Assembly (NCBI RefSeq): GCF_009914755.1
Contig: NC_060940.1
Length of the DNA: 64,000 nucleotides
Strand: one strand, 5' to 3'
Origin: the human T2T-CHM13v2.0 reference genome, Homo sapiens
Both the position numbers and the translations under genes were made by a program. Shown one piece after another: positions 1 through 14,700 of the stretch; within the stretch, counting starts at the first letter, position 1, and the number at the start of each line of letters is the position of its first letter. The notes under the pieces were generated by a model. The model was not told the DNA's origin and did not search any database. It worked only from the letters and a program-made list of their open reading frames with translations.

Positions 1-1050
1 CCATACCATGATGATTCCATTCGAGTCCATTCAATGGTGATTCCATTCAATTCCATTCGATGATTCCTTCCGATTCCATTCGATGATGATGGCATTCGAT
101 TCCTTTCAATCATTCCCTTTGATTCCATTCAAAGGTGATTTCATTCAAGTCCATTCGATAATTGCATTCGATTCCATTCTATGATGATTCCATTCGAGTC
201 CATTTGATGATTCCATTCAATTCAAGTCAATGATGATTCCATTCAATTCCACTCGATGATTCCATTGGATTCCATTCGATGATGATTCCATTCAAATCCA
301 TTCGATAATTCAATTCAAGTCCATTCGATGATGATTCCAATCGAATCCATTCAAAGATTCCATTCAATTCCATTCGATGATGATTCCCTTAGATTCCATT
401 CGATGATTCCACTTGATTCCATTTACGATGATTCCATTCGATTCCATGTGATGAATCCATTCAATTCTATTCAATGATGTTTCCATTTGATTCCATTGGA
501 CCATGATTGCCTTTGATTCCATTCAATGATTCCATTCGGTTCCATTTGATGATGATTCCGTTCGATTCCATTTCATTATTCCATTTAATTCCATTGGATG
601 AGTCCATTCGATTACATTCGATGATTATTCCATTCGAGTGCATTAGATGATTGCATTCGAGTCCATTCGATGATTCCATTCGATTCCATTCGATGTTGAT
701 TCTGTTCAAATCCATTCGATGATTCCACTCGATTCCATTCGATGACTCCATTTGATCCCATTCGATGATTTCCTGTGATTCCCTTTGATGATCATTCTAT
801 TTGATTCAATTCGGTGATTTCATTTCATTCCATTCAGTGATGTTTCCATTCGACTGTATTCGATGATGATTCCATTCGACTCCATTCGATTATGATTTCA
901 TTCAATTCCATTCAATAATGATTCCCTTCGAGTCCATTCGATGATTCCATTCGATTCCATTCAACGATGATTTGATTCGTTTCCATTCGATGATTCTATT
1001 TGATTCCACTTGATGATGATTCCATTCGAGTCCATTTGATGATTCCATTC

Positions 1051-1952
1051 GAGTCTATTTATGTATTATATTCGTGTCCACTTCATGATTCCATTCAATT
1101 CCATTTAATGTTGATTCCATTTGATTCCATTTGATGATTCAGTTCGATTCCTTGCAATGATTCCCTACGATTCCTTTCTCTGATGATTCCATTCGATTCC
1201 ATTCATTGATGATTTCATTCGACTCCATTCGATGATGATTCCTTTCGATTCCATTTGACGATGTTTCCATTCGAGTCCATTCGATGATGATTCTATTCAA
1301 TTCTGTTCTATTATGATTCCATTCGATTTCATTCAATGTTTCTATTTGATTCTATTCGATGATGATTCCATCTCTTTCCCTTCGATGATTCCTTTTGATT
1401 CCATTCAGTGATGATTCCATTTGATTCCATCTGATGATGATTTCACTTGATTCCTTTCAATGATGATTCAATTCAAGTCCATTCGATGATTCCATTGGAG
1501 TCCAAACGATCATTCCGTTCGATTCCATTCAATGGTGATTCCATTCATGTCCATTCGATGAATCCATTCAATTCCATTCGATGATGACTCCATTCGAGTA
1601 CATTCGATGATTCCATTTGATTCCATTTGAAGATGATTCCATTCAATTCCATTCGAAGATGATTCCATTCAATTCCATTCGATGATGATTCCGTATGAAT
1701 CCATTCTCTGATTATTCCATTCGATTCCATTCATTGACGATTCCATTCAATTCCATTCAATGATGATTCTCTTCTATTCCATTCGATGATTCCGGTCGAT
1801 TCCATTCGATGATGATTCCATTAGATTCCATTCGATTGTTGCATTCGATTCCCTTCGATGATGATTCCTTTGAATTCCATTCGATTATCATTCCGTATGA
1901 ATCCATTTGATGATTATTCCATTGGATTCCTTTCGATGATGATTCCATTCGA
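1051..1952 (+). repeat. Alternative (non-canonical) HSat2 block, short copy
   Basis: Contains words not seen in canonical units (GAGTCTATTTATGTATTATA, CTTGCAATGATTCCCTACGA, TCCAAACGATC, CCGTATGAATCC, TCCGGTCGAT). These recur only at ~44971-45872. Confidence 0.85.
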
Positions 1953-4397
1953 GTCCATTCGATGATTCTATTCGAATCCATTTGATGATTTCTTTTGATT
2001 ATAGTTGTTGATGATTCCTTTGGAGTCCATTCCATGATTCCATTCGATTCCAATCGATGATGATTCCATTAGTGTCCATTTAATGATTCCATTTGATTCC
2101 AGTCTCTGATGATTACATTCGAGTCCATACGATGATTCCACTCAATTCCATATGATGATGATTCCATTCGATTCCATTCGATGATTCCATTCTATTCTAT
2201 TCAATGGTGATTCCATTCGAGTACATTAGATGATTCCATTCGATTCCATTCAATGATGATTCTATTTGTGTCCCTTACATGGTTCCACATGATTCCATTA
2301 GATGATGATACTATTTGAGCCCATCCAATGATTCCCTTCGATTCCATTCGATGAGGATTCCATTCGATTCAATTCATTGGTGATTCTATTCAATTCAATT
2401 CTTTGATTCCATTCCATTCCATTCGACAATGATTCCATTCGATTTCTTTCGATGATTCCACTCGATTCCACTTGACATTGATTCCATTCGATTCCATTCA
2501 ATGATTCCGTTTGATTCCAGTGGATGATGATTGCCATCGATTCCATTCGATCACTCCATTCTATTCCATTTGATGATGATTACATTCGATTCCATTTGAT
2601 GATTCCATCTGATTCTATTCGAGGATTCCATTTGATTCCATTCGATGATGATTCCATTTGAGTCCATTCGATGATTTCATTCGAGTACATCCAATGATTC
2701 CATTCGAGTCCATTTGATGATTCCATTTGATTCCATTTGATTATGATTCTACTAGAGTCCATTCAATGACTCCATTCGAATCCATTCAACAATTCCATTC
2801 GAGTCCATTCGAAGATTCCATTTCATGATTCCATTCGAGTCCACTTAATCATTACAGTCGAGTCCGTTTGGTGATTCCACTGGATTTCTTTTGATAATGA
2901 TACCATTCCATTACATTTGATGATGATCCCATTCAATTTCATTTGATGATGATTCCATTAGAGTCCATTCAATGATTTCATTCGAGTCCCTTCATTGATT
3001 CCATACGATTTCATTGGATGATGACTCCATTCGAGTCCATTCGATGATTCCACTCGATTCCATTAGATGATTCCATTGGAGTCCATTTGATTGTTCCATT
3101 CGATTCCATTCAATTCCTTTCGAAGATTATTCCATTTGAGTCCATTCGACGATGATTCCATTCCATTCCATTCGATGATTCCGTTTGATTCCATTCGATG
3201 ATTCCCTTTGATTCCTTTCTATGATGATTCCATTCCATTCCATTCAATGATTCCATTCGAATCTATTCCATGATGATTCCTTTCGATTCCATTCGCTGAT
3301 GTTTCCGTTCAATTCCATTCGATGATGATTCCATTCGATTCCATTCATTGAGGATTCCATTGGATTCCATTCAATGATGATTCCATTCTATTCCATTCAA
3401 TGATTGCATTCAATTCCATTCAATGATTATCCCCTTAGAGTAAACTCAACGATTCCATTCAATACCATTCGATGATGATTCCTTTTGAGTCCATTCAATG
3501 ATTTCATTCAAGTCCATTTGATGATTCCTTTCAATTCCATTCTATGATGATTCCATTCGAGTCCATTCGATGATTCCATTCGATTGCATTCGATGATTCC
3601 CTTATATTCCATTCAACGATGATTCCATTCGAGTCCATTCGATGATTCCATTAGAGTACATTTAATGATTGCTTTGTTTTCAATTCGAAGATGATTACAT
3701 TGGATTCCATTCTTTGATACCATTCGATTCCATTCAATGATGATTCCACTCAAATCCATTGGATGATTCCATTCGTGTCCATTCGGTGATTTCATTAGAT
3801 TCTATTCGAGGATGATTCCATTCGATGATTCCATTCAATTCCATTCGATGATGATTCCATTCCAGTCCATATGATCATTCCATTTGATTTCATTCGATGA
3901 TGATTCCATTCGATTCCATTCGACGATTCCATTCTATTCCATTCGAGGATGATTCCATTCGAGTCCATTCGATCATTCCATTCGAGTCCATTTAATGATT
4001 CCATTGGGTTCAATTTAATGATGATTACATTGGATTCCGTTCTATGATTCCATTCAATTCCGTTCATTGACAATTTGATTCCATTCGATGATGATTCCAT
4101 TTGAGTTCATTCGATGATTCTATTCGATTCTCTTCGATGGTGATTCAATTCTATTATATTGGATGATTCCATTCGATTCCATTTGATGTTGATTCAATTC
4201 GATTCTATTCGATGATGATTCCATTGGATTTCACTTGATGATTCTATTCGATTCCATTCAATGATGATTCACTTCTCGTCCATTGGATGATTCCATTTCA
4301 TTCCATTCGATGATGATTCCATTCGATTCCATTCGATGATTCCATTTGATTCCATGCGACGGTGAGCAATTCGATTCAATTCCATGATGATTCTATT

Positions 4398-4408
4398 TGA
4401 TTCAATTA
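4398..4408 (-). promoter_or_regulatory. Candidate DUX4 binding motif TAATTGAATCA (also at 10369, 13595, 17945, 30169, 36281, 42321, 52350, 58088)
   Basis: The + strand reads TGATTCAATTA; its reverse complement TAATTGAATCA fits the degenerate DUX4 consensus TAAYBBAATCA. DUX4 binding and activation of HSATII is established, but occupancy of these particular sites is not shown. Confidence 0.5.
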
Positions 4409-5760
4409 GATGATGTTTCCATTCGAATCCATTCCATGATTATTCCATTGGAATCCATTCGGCGATGATTCCATATGAGTCAATTCAATGATGATTCCTT
4501 ATGGGTCCGTTCGATGATAATTCCATTTGATTTCATTCGATGCTTCTATTCTATTCCAGTCGATGATGATTCCGTTGGAGTCCATACGATGATTCCATTT
4601 GATTTCATTTCATGATGATTCCATTCGATGACGATTACATTGGATTCCATTCTATGATTCCATTCAATTCCATTCGTTGATGATTCGATTCCATTCAATG
4701 ATGATTCCATTTGAGTTCATTCGATGATTCTATTCGATTCCATTCTATGGTGATTCAATTCCCTTATATTGGATGATTCGACTCGATTCCATTGGATGAT
4801 TATTCCATTGGAGTCCACTTAGTGAATCCTTTAGATTCTACTCGACGATGATTCCATTCGAGTCCATTCGATGATACCATTCAATTCCATTCGCTGATGC
4901 TTCCATTCAAGTGCATTCGATGATATCATTTGATTCCATTTGATGATAATTCCATTTGATTCCATGCGATGATTCTATTCGATTCCATTCAATGATAATT
5001 CCATTCATTTCAGTGATTCCTCTGGACTCCATTTGATGATGATTCCATTCAATGATTCCATTCGATTCTATTCGAAAATGATTCCATTTGAATCCATTTG
5101 ATGATGATTCCATTAGATTCCATTTGATGATTCCATTCGATTCCATTTGACGATGATTCCATTCGATTCCGTTTGATGATTCCATTCTATTCTATTCGAT
5201 GATGATTCCATTCGATTCCATTCGATGATGATTGGATTCGATTCCATTTGATGATTTCATTTGATTCCATTCGTTAATGATTTCGATCAATTCCATTCGA
5301 TGATTCCATTCGATTCCATTCGATAATGATTACATCCGATTCCATTCGATGATTCCATTTGAGCCTGTTCGATAATTCCATTTGAGTCCAACCAATGATT
5401 CCATTCATTTCCATTCAATGATTCCATTCGAGTCCATTTGATCATTCCGGTAGGGTACATTCGATGTTGATTCCATTGCAGTGCATTCGATGATTCCATT
5501 CGAGTCCATTTTAGGATTTGATTCGAGTCCTTTCGATGATTCCATTCGATTCCACTCGATGATGATTTCATTCGAGTCCATTCGACACTTCCAATCGATT
5601 CCATTTGATGATTCCATTCGAGTCCAATTGATGATTCCATTCAATTCCATTCGATGATGATTCCGTACGATTCCATTCTGTGATGATTCCATGTGATTGC
5701 ATTCAATGATGATTCCTTTCGATTGCATTCGATTATGATTCATTTCGTGTTCATTCTATG

Positions 5761-8700
5761 GTTCCACAGGTTTCCATTTGTGTCCATTCCATTATTCCAT
5801 TCTATTCCATTTGATGATGATTCCATTCGATTCCATTCATTGGTGATTCCACTCAATTCCATTCAATGATTCCATTCCATTTCTTTCAACAATGATTCCA
5901 TTAGTTTCTAATCGATGATCCACTTGATTCCATTTGACGACGATTCCATTCTTGTCCATTCGATGATTCCATTTGATTCCATATGATGATGATTCCATTC
6001 GATTCCATACCATGATGATTCCATTCGAGTCCATTCAATGGTGATTCCATTCAATTCCATTCGATGATTCCTTTTGATTCCATTCGATGATGATGGCATT
6101 CGATTCCTTTCAATCATTCCCTTTGATTCCATTCAAAGGTGATTTCATTCAAGTCCATTCGATAATTGCATTCGATTCCATTCTATGATGATTCCATTCG
6201 AGTCCATTTGATGATTCCATTCAATTCAAGTCAATGATGATTCCATTCGATTCCAATCGATGATTCCATTGGATTCCATTCGATGATGATTCCACTTGAT
6301 TGCATTTACGATGATTCCATTCGATTCCATGTGATGATTCCATTCAATTCTATTCAATGATGTCTCCATTTGATTCCATTCGACCATGATTGCCTTTGAT
6401 TCCATTCAATGATTCCATTCGGTTCCGTTTGATGATGATTCCGTTCGATTCCATTTGATGATTCCATTTGATTCCATTGGATGAGTCCATTCGATTACAT
6501 TCGATGATTATTCCATTCGAGTGCATTAGATGATTCCATTCGAGTCCATTCGATGATTCCATTCGGTTCCATTCGATGTTGATTCTGTTCAAATCCATTC
6601 GATGATTCCACTCGATTCCATTCGTTGACTCCATTTGATCCCATTCGATGATTTCCTTTGATTCCCTTTGATGATCATTCCATTTGATTCAATTCGGTGA
6701 TTTCATTTGATTCCATTCAGTGATGTTTCCATTCAACTCCATTCGATGATGATTCCATTCGACTCCATTCGATTATGATTTCATTCAATTCCATTCGATA
6801 ATGATTCCCTTCGAGTCCATTCGATGATTCCATTAGATTCCATTCAACGATGATTTGATTCGTGTCCATTCGATGATTCCATTTGATTCCACTTGATGAT
6901 GATTCCATTCGAGTCCATTTGATGATTCCATTCAATTCCATACTCCGATGATTTCTTTTGAGCCCACTCAATGCTTCCACTCGATTCCATATGATGATGA
7001 CTCCATTCGATGAAATTCGATGATGATTCCATTCGCTTGCTTTCGATGATGATTCCACTTGAGTCCGTTAGAAGATTCTATTCAATTACATTCCATGACG
7101 ATTCCGTTCGAGTCCATTTGATGATTCCATTAGACTCCATTCGACGATGATTCCATTCGATGTTATTCGATGATTCCATTAGATCTCATTCGATGATGAT
7201 TCCATTCAACTCCATTCGATGTTTCCATTCGAGTTCATTCTATTATTCCATTAGATTCCATTCGATGATGATTCCATTCGATTCCATTTGATGATTGCAT
7301 TCTATTTCATTTGATGATGATTCCATTCGAGTCCATTTAATGAATCCATTGGTTTCAATTCTATGATGATTACATTGGATTCCATTCGTTGATGATTTCA
7401 TTCGGTTCCATTCAATGATGATTCCATTCAATTCCTTTCAATGTTTCCATTCAATTCCATACGATGATGATTCCATTTGATGTGATTCGACAGTGAGCCA
7501 TTCGATTCAATTCCATGATGATTCAATTTGATTCAATTGGTTGACATTTCCATTCGATTCCATTCGATGATTATTCCCATTGATTCCGTTCAAAAATGAT
7601 TCCATTCTAGCCCATTCAATCATTCCATTCGATTCTATTCAATGATGATTCCATTCATGTCGATTTGGTGATTCCATTTGACTTCATTTGATGATGATTC
7701 CTTTCAAGTTCATTAGATGATTCCATTCGATTCCATTTGATGATGATCCCATTCGAGTCCATTCAGTGATTCCATTCGTTTCCATTCCATGATGATTCCA
7801 TTCCTTTCCATTCAATGATTCCATTCGATTCCGTTTGATGATGATTTCATTCGAGTCCATTTGATGATTCCATTTGATTCCATTCGATGATGATTCCATT
7901 CGAGTCCATTCGATGATTCTATTCGAATCCATTTGATGATTTCTTTTGATTATATTTGGTGATGATTCCATTGGAGTCCATTCAATGATTCCATTCTATT
8001 CCAATCGATGATGATTCCATTAGAGTCCATTTAATGATTCCATTTGATTCCAGTCTCTGATGATTACATTCGAGTCCATACGATGATTCCACTCAATTCC
8101 ATATGATGATGATTCCATTTGATTCCATTCGGTGATTCCATTCTATTCTATTCAATGGTGATTCCATTCGAGTACATTAGATGATTCCATTCGATTCCAT
8201 TCAATGATGATTCTATTTGTGTCCCTTAGATGATTCCACATGATTCCATTAGATGATGATACTATTTGAGCCCATCCAATGATTCCCTTCGATTCCATTC
8301 GATGAGGATTCCATTCGATTCAATTCATTGGTGATTCTATTCAATTCAATTCTTTGATTCCATTCCATTCCATTCGACAATGATTCCATTCGATTTCTTT
8401 CGATGATTCCACTCGATTCCACTTGACATTGATTCCATTCGATTCCATTCAATGATTCCATTTGATTCCAGTGGATGATGATTGCCATCGATTCCATTCG
8501 ATCACTCCATTCTATTCCATTTGATGATGATTACATTCGATTCCATTTGATGATTCCATCTGATTCTATTCGAGGATTCCATTTGATTCCATTTGATGAT
8601 GATTCCATTCGAGTCCATTCGATGATTTCATTCGAGTACATCCAATGATTCCATTCGAGTCCATTAGATGATTCCATTTGATTCCATTTGAAAATGATTC

Positions 8701-11700
8701 TACTAGAGTCCATTCAATGACTCCATTCGAGTCCATTCAACAATTCCATTCGACTCCATTCGATGATTCCATTCGATTCCATTTGATGGTTCCATTCGAG
8801 TCCATTTAATCATTACAGTCGAGTCCATTTGGTGATTCCACTGGATTTCTTTTGATAATGATACCATTCAATTACATTTGATGATGATCCCATTCAATTT
8901 CATTTGATGATGATTCCATTAGAGTCCATTCGATGATTTCATTCGAGTCCCTTCATTGATTCCATCCGATTTCATTGGATGATGACTCCATTCGAGTCCA
9001 TTCGATGATTCCACTCGATTCCATTAGATGACTCCATTGGAGTCCATTTGATTGTTCCATTCGATTCCATTCGATTCCTTTCGAAGATTATTCCATTTGA
9101 GTCCATTCGATGATGATTCCATTCCATTCCATTCGATGATTCCGTTTGATTCCATTCGATGATTCCCTTCGATTCCTTTCTTTGATGATTCCATTCCATT
9201 CCATTCAATGATTCCATTCGAATCTATTCCATGATGATTCCTTTCGATTCCATTCGCTGATGTTTCCGTTCAATTCCATTCGATGATGATTCCATTCGAT
9301 TCCATTCATTGAGGATTCCATTTGATTCCATTCAATGATGATTCCATTCTATTCCATTCAATGATTGCATTCAATTCCATTCAATGATTATCCCATTAGA
9401 GTAAACTCAACGATTCCATTCAATACCATTCGATGATGATTCCTTTTGAGTCCATTCAATGATTTCATTCAAGTCCATTTGATGATTCCTTTCAATTCCA
9501 TTCTATGATGATTCCATTCGAGTCCATTCGATGATTCCATTCGATTGCATTCGATGATTCCATTATATTCCATTCAATGGTGATTCCATTCGAGTCCATT
9601 CGATGATTCCATTAGAGTACATTTAATGATTGCTTTGTTTTCAATTCGAAGATGATTACATTGGATTCCACTCTATGATACCATTCGATTCCATTCAATG
9701 ATGATTCCACTCAAATCCATTGGATGATTCCATTCGTGTCCATTCGGTGATTTCATTAGATTCCATTCGAGGATGATTCCATTCGATTCCATTCGATGAT
9801 TCCATTCAATTCCATTCGATGATGATTCCATTCCAGTCCATATGATCATTCCATTTGATTTCATTCGATGATGATTCCATTCGATTCCATTCGATGATTC
9901 CATTCTATTCCATTCGATGATGATTCCATTCGAGTCCATTCGATGATTCCATTCGAGTCCATTTAATGATTCCATTGGGTTCAATTCAATGATGATTACA
10001 TTGGATTCCGTTCTATGATTCCATTCAATTCCGTTCATTGACAATTTGATTCCATTCGATGATGATTCCATTTGAGTTCATTCGATGATTCTATTCGATT
10101 CCCTTCGATGGTGATTCAATTCTATTATATTGGATGATTCCATTCGATTCCATTTGATGTTGATTCAATTCGATTCTATTCGATGATGATTCCATTGGAT
10201 TTCACTTGATGATTCTATTCGATTCCATTCAATGATGATTCACTTCTCGTCCATTGGATGATTCCATTTCATTCCATTCGATGATGATTCCATTCGATTC
10301 CATTCGATGATTCCATTTGATTCCATGCGACGGTGAGCAATTCGATTCAATTCCATGATGATTCTATTTGATTCAATTAGATGATGTTTCCATTCGAATC
10401 CATTCCATGATTATTCCATTGGAATCCAATCGGCGATGATTCCATATGAGTCAATTCAATGATGATTCCATATGGGTCCGTTCGATGATAATTCCATTTG
10501 ATTTCATTCGATGCTTCTATTCTATTCCAGTCGATGATGATTCCGTTGGAGTCCATACGATGATTCCATTTGATTTCATTTGATGATGATTCCATTCGAT
10601 GAGGATTACATTGGATTCCATTCTATGATTCCATTCAATTCCATTCGTTGATGATTCGATTCCATTCAATGATGATTCCATTTGAGTTCATTCGATGATT
10701 CTATTCGATTCCGTTCGATGGTGATTCAATTCTATTATATTGGATGATTCCACTCGATTCCATTTGATGATTATTCCATTGGAGTCCACTTAGTGAATCC
10801 TTTAGATTCTACTCGACGATGATTCCATTCGAGTCCATTCGATGATACCATTCAATTCCATTCGTTGATGCTTCCATTCAAGTGCATTCGATGATATCAT
10901 TCGATTCCATTTGATGGTAATTCCATTTGATTCCATGCGATGATTCTATTCGATTCCATTCAATGATAATTCCATTCAATTCAGTGATTCCTCTGGACTC
11001 CATTTGATGATGATTCCATTCAATGATTCCATTCGATTCTATTCGAAAATGATTCCATTTGAATCCATTTGATGATGATTCCATTAGATTCCATTTGATG
11101 ATTCCATTCGATTCCATTCGACGATGATTCCATTCGATTCCGTTTGATGATTCCATTCTATTCTATTCGATGATGATTCCATTCGATTCCATTCGATGAT
11201 GATTGGATTCGATTCCATTGGATGATTTCATTTGATTCCATTCGTTAATGATTTTGATCAATTCCATTCGATGATTCCATTCGATTCCATTTGATAATGA
11301 TTACATCCGAGTCCATTCGGTGATTCCCTTTGAGCCTGTTCGATAATTCCATTTGAGTCCAACCAATGATTCCATTCATTTCCATTCAATGATTCCATTC
11401 GAGTCCATTTGATCATTCCGGTAGGGTCCATTCGATGTTGATTCCATTGGAGTGCATTCGATGATTCCATTCGAGTCCATTTTAGGATTTGATTCGAGTC
11501 CTTTCGATGATTCCATTCGATTCCACTCGATGATGATTTCATTCGAGTCCATTCGACACTTCCAATCGATTCCATTTGATGATTCCATTCGAGTCCAATT
11601 GATGATTCCATTCAATTCCATTCGATGATGATTCCGTACGATTCCATTCTGTGATGATTCCATGTGATTGCATTCAATGATGATTCCTTTCGATTGCATT

Positions 11701-11731
11701 CGATTATGATTCATTTCGTGTTCATTCTATG
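5761..11731 (+). repeat. HOR unit of 5,971 bp (6,112 minus deletions of 118 and 23 bp)
   Basis: Marker spacing 5761->11732. Deletion junctions at ~6285-6294 (118 bp) and ~7316-7336 (23 bp) by comparison with 19832-19950 and ~20980-21025. Confidence 0.85.
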
Positions 11732-14700
11732 GTTCCACAGGTTTCCATTCGTGTCCATTCCATTATTCCATTCTATTCCATTTGATGATGATTCCATTCG
11801 ATTCCATTCATTGGTGATTCCACTCAATTCCATTCAATGATTCCATTCCATTTCTTTCAACAATGATTCCATTAGTTTCTAATCGATGATCCACTTGATT
11901 CCATTTGACGACGATTCCATTCTTGTCCATTCGATGATTCCATTTGATTCCATATGATGATGATTCCATTCGATTCCATACCATGATGATTCCATTCGAG
12001 TCCATTCAATGGTGATTCCATTCAATTCCATTCGATGATTCCTTTTGATTCCATTCGATGATGATGGCATTCGATTCCTTTCAATCATTCCCTTTGATTC
12101 CATTCAAAGGTGATTTCATTCAAGTCCATTCGATAATTGCATTCGATTCCATTCTATGATGATTCCATTCGAGTCCATTTGATGATTCCATTCAATTCAA
12201 GTCAATGATGATTCCATTCGATTCCATTCGATGATTCCACTCGATTCCATTAGATGATTCCATTGGAGTCCATTTGATTGTACCATTCGATTCCATTCGA
12301 TTCCTTTCGAAGATTATTCCATTTGAGTCCATTCGATGATGATCCCATTCCATTCCATTCGATGATTCCGTATGATTCCATTCGATGATTCCCTTCGATT
12401 CCTTTCTGTGATGATTCCATTCCATTCCATTCAATGATTCCATTCGAATCTATTCCATGATGATTCCTTTCGATTCCATTCGCTGATGTTTCCGTTCAAT
12501 TCCATTCGATGATGATTCCATTCGATTCCATTCATGGAGGATTCCATTTGATTCCATTCAATGATGATTCCATTCTATTCCATTCAATGATTGCATTCAA
12601 TTCCATTCAATGATTATCCCCTTAGAGTAAACTCAACGATTCCATTCAATACCATTCGATGATGATTCCTTTTGAGTCCATTCAATGATTTCATTCAAGT
12701 CCATTTGATGATTCCTTTCAATTCCATTCTATGATGATTCCATTCGAGTCCATTCGATGATTCCATTCGATTGCATTCGATGATTCCATTATATTCCATT
12801 CAACGGTGATTCCATTCGAGTCCATTCCATGATTCCATTAGAGTACATTTAATGATTGCTTTGTTTTCAATTCGAAGATGATTACATTGGATTCCATTCT
12901 ATGATACCATTCGATTCCATTCAATGATGATTCCACTCAAATCCATTGGATGATTCCATTCGTGTCCATTCGGTGATTTCATTAGATTCCATTCGAGGAT
13001 GATTCCATTCGATTCCATTCGATGATTCCATTCAATTCCATTCGATGATGATTCCATTCCAGTCCATATGATCATTCCATTTGATTTCATTCGATGATGA
13101 TTCCATTCGATTCCATTCGATGATTCCATTCTATTCCATTCGATGATGATTCCATTCGAGTCCATTCGATGATTCCATTCGAGTCCATTTAATGATTCCA
13201 TTGGGTTCAATTCAATGATGATTACATTGGATTTCGTTCTATGATTCCATTCAATTCCGTTCATTGACAATTTGATTCCATTCGATGATGATTCCATTTG
13301 AGTTCATTCGATGATTCTATTCGATTCTCTTCGATGGTGATTCAATTCTATTATATTGGATGATTCCATTCGATTCCATTTGATGTTGATTCAATTCGAT
13401 TCTATTCGATGATGATTCCATTGGATTTCACTTGATGATTCTATTCGATTCCATTCAATGATGATTCACTTCTCGTCCATTGGATGATTCCATTTCATTC
13501 CATTCGATGATGATTCCATTCGATTCCATTCGATGATTCCATTTGATTCCATGCGACGGTGAGCAATTCGATTCAATTCCATGATGATTCTATTTGATTC
13601 AATTAGATGATGTTTCCATTCGAATCCATTCCATGATTATTCCATTGGAATCCATTCGGCGATGATTCCATATGAGTCAATTCAATGATGATTCCATATG
13701 GGTCCGTTCGATGATAATTCCATTTGATTTCATTCGATGCTTCTATTCTATTCCAGTCGATGATGATTCCGTTGGAGTCCATACGATGATTCCATTTGAT
13801 TTCATTTGATGATGATTCCATTCGATGACGATTACATTGGATTCCATTCTATGATTCCATTCAATTCCATTCGTTGATGATTCGATTCCATTCAATGATG
13901 ATTCCATTTGAGTTCATTCGATGATTCTATTCGATTCCGTTCGATGGTGATTCAATTCTATTATATTGGATGATTCCACTCGATTCCATTTGATGATTAT
14001 TCCATTGGAGTCCACTTAGTGAATCCTTTAGATTCTACTCGACGATGATTCCATTCGAGTCCATTCGATGATACCATTCAATTCCATTCGTTGATGCTTC
14101 CATTCAAGTGCATTCGATGATATCATTCGATTCCATTTGATGATAATTCCATTTGATTCCATGCGATGATTCTATTCGATTCCATTCAATGATAATTCCA
14201 TTCAATTCAGTGATTCCTCTGGACTCCATTTGATGATGATTCCATTCAATGATTCCATTCGATTCTATTCGAAAATGATTCCATTTGAATCCATTTGATG
14301 ATGATTCCATTGGATTCCATTTGATGATTCCATTCGATTCCATTCGACGATGATTCCATTCGATTCCATTGGATGATTCCATTCTATTCTATTCGATGAT
14401 GATTCCATTCGATTCCATTCGATGATGATTGGATTCGATTCCATTTGATGATTTCATTTGATTCCATTCGTTAATGATTTCGATCAATTCCATTCAATGA
14501 TTCCATTCGATTCCATTCGATAATGATTACATCCGAGTCCATTCGATGATTCCCTTTGAGCCTGTTCGATAATTCCATTTGAGTCCAACCAATGATTCCA
14601 TTCATTTCCATTCAATGATTCCATTCGAGTCCATTTGATCATTCCGGTAGGGTCCATTCGATGTTGATTCCATTGGAGTGCATTCGATGATTCCATTCGA

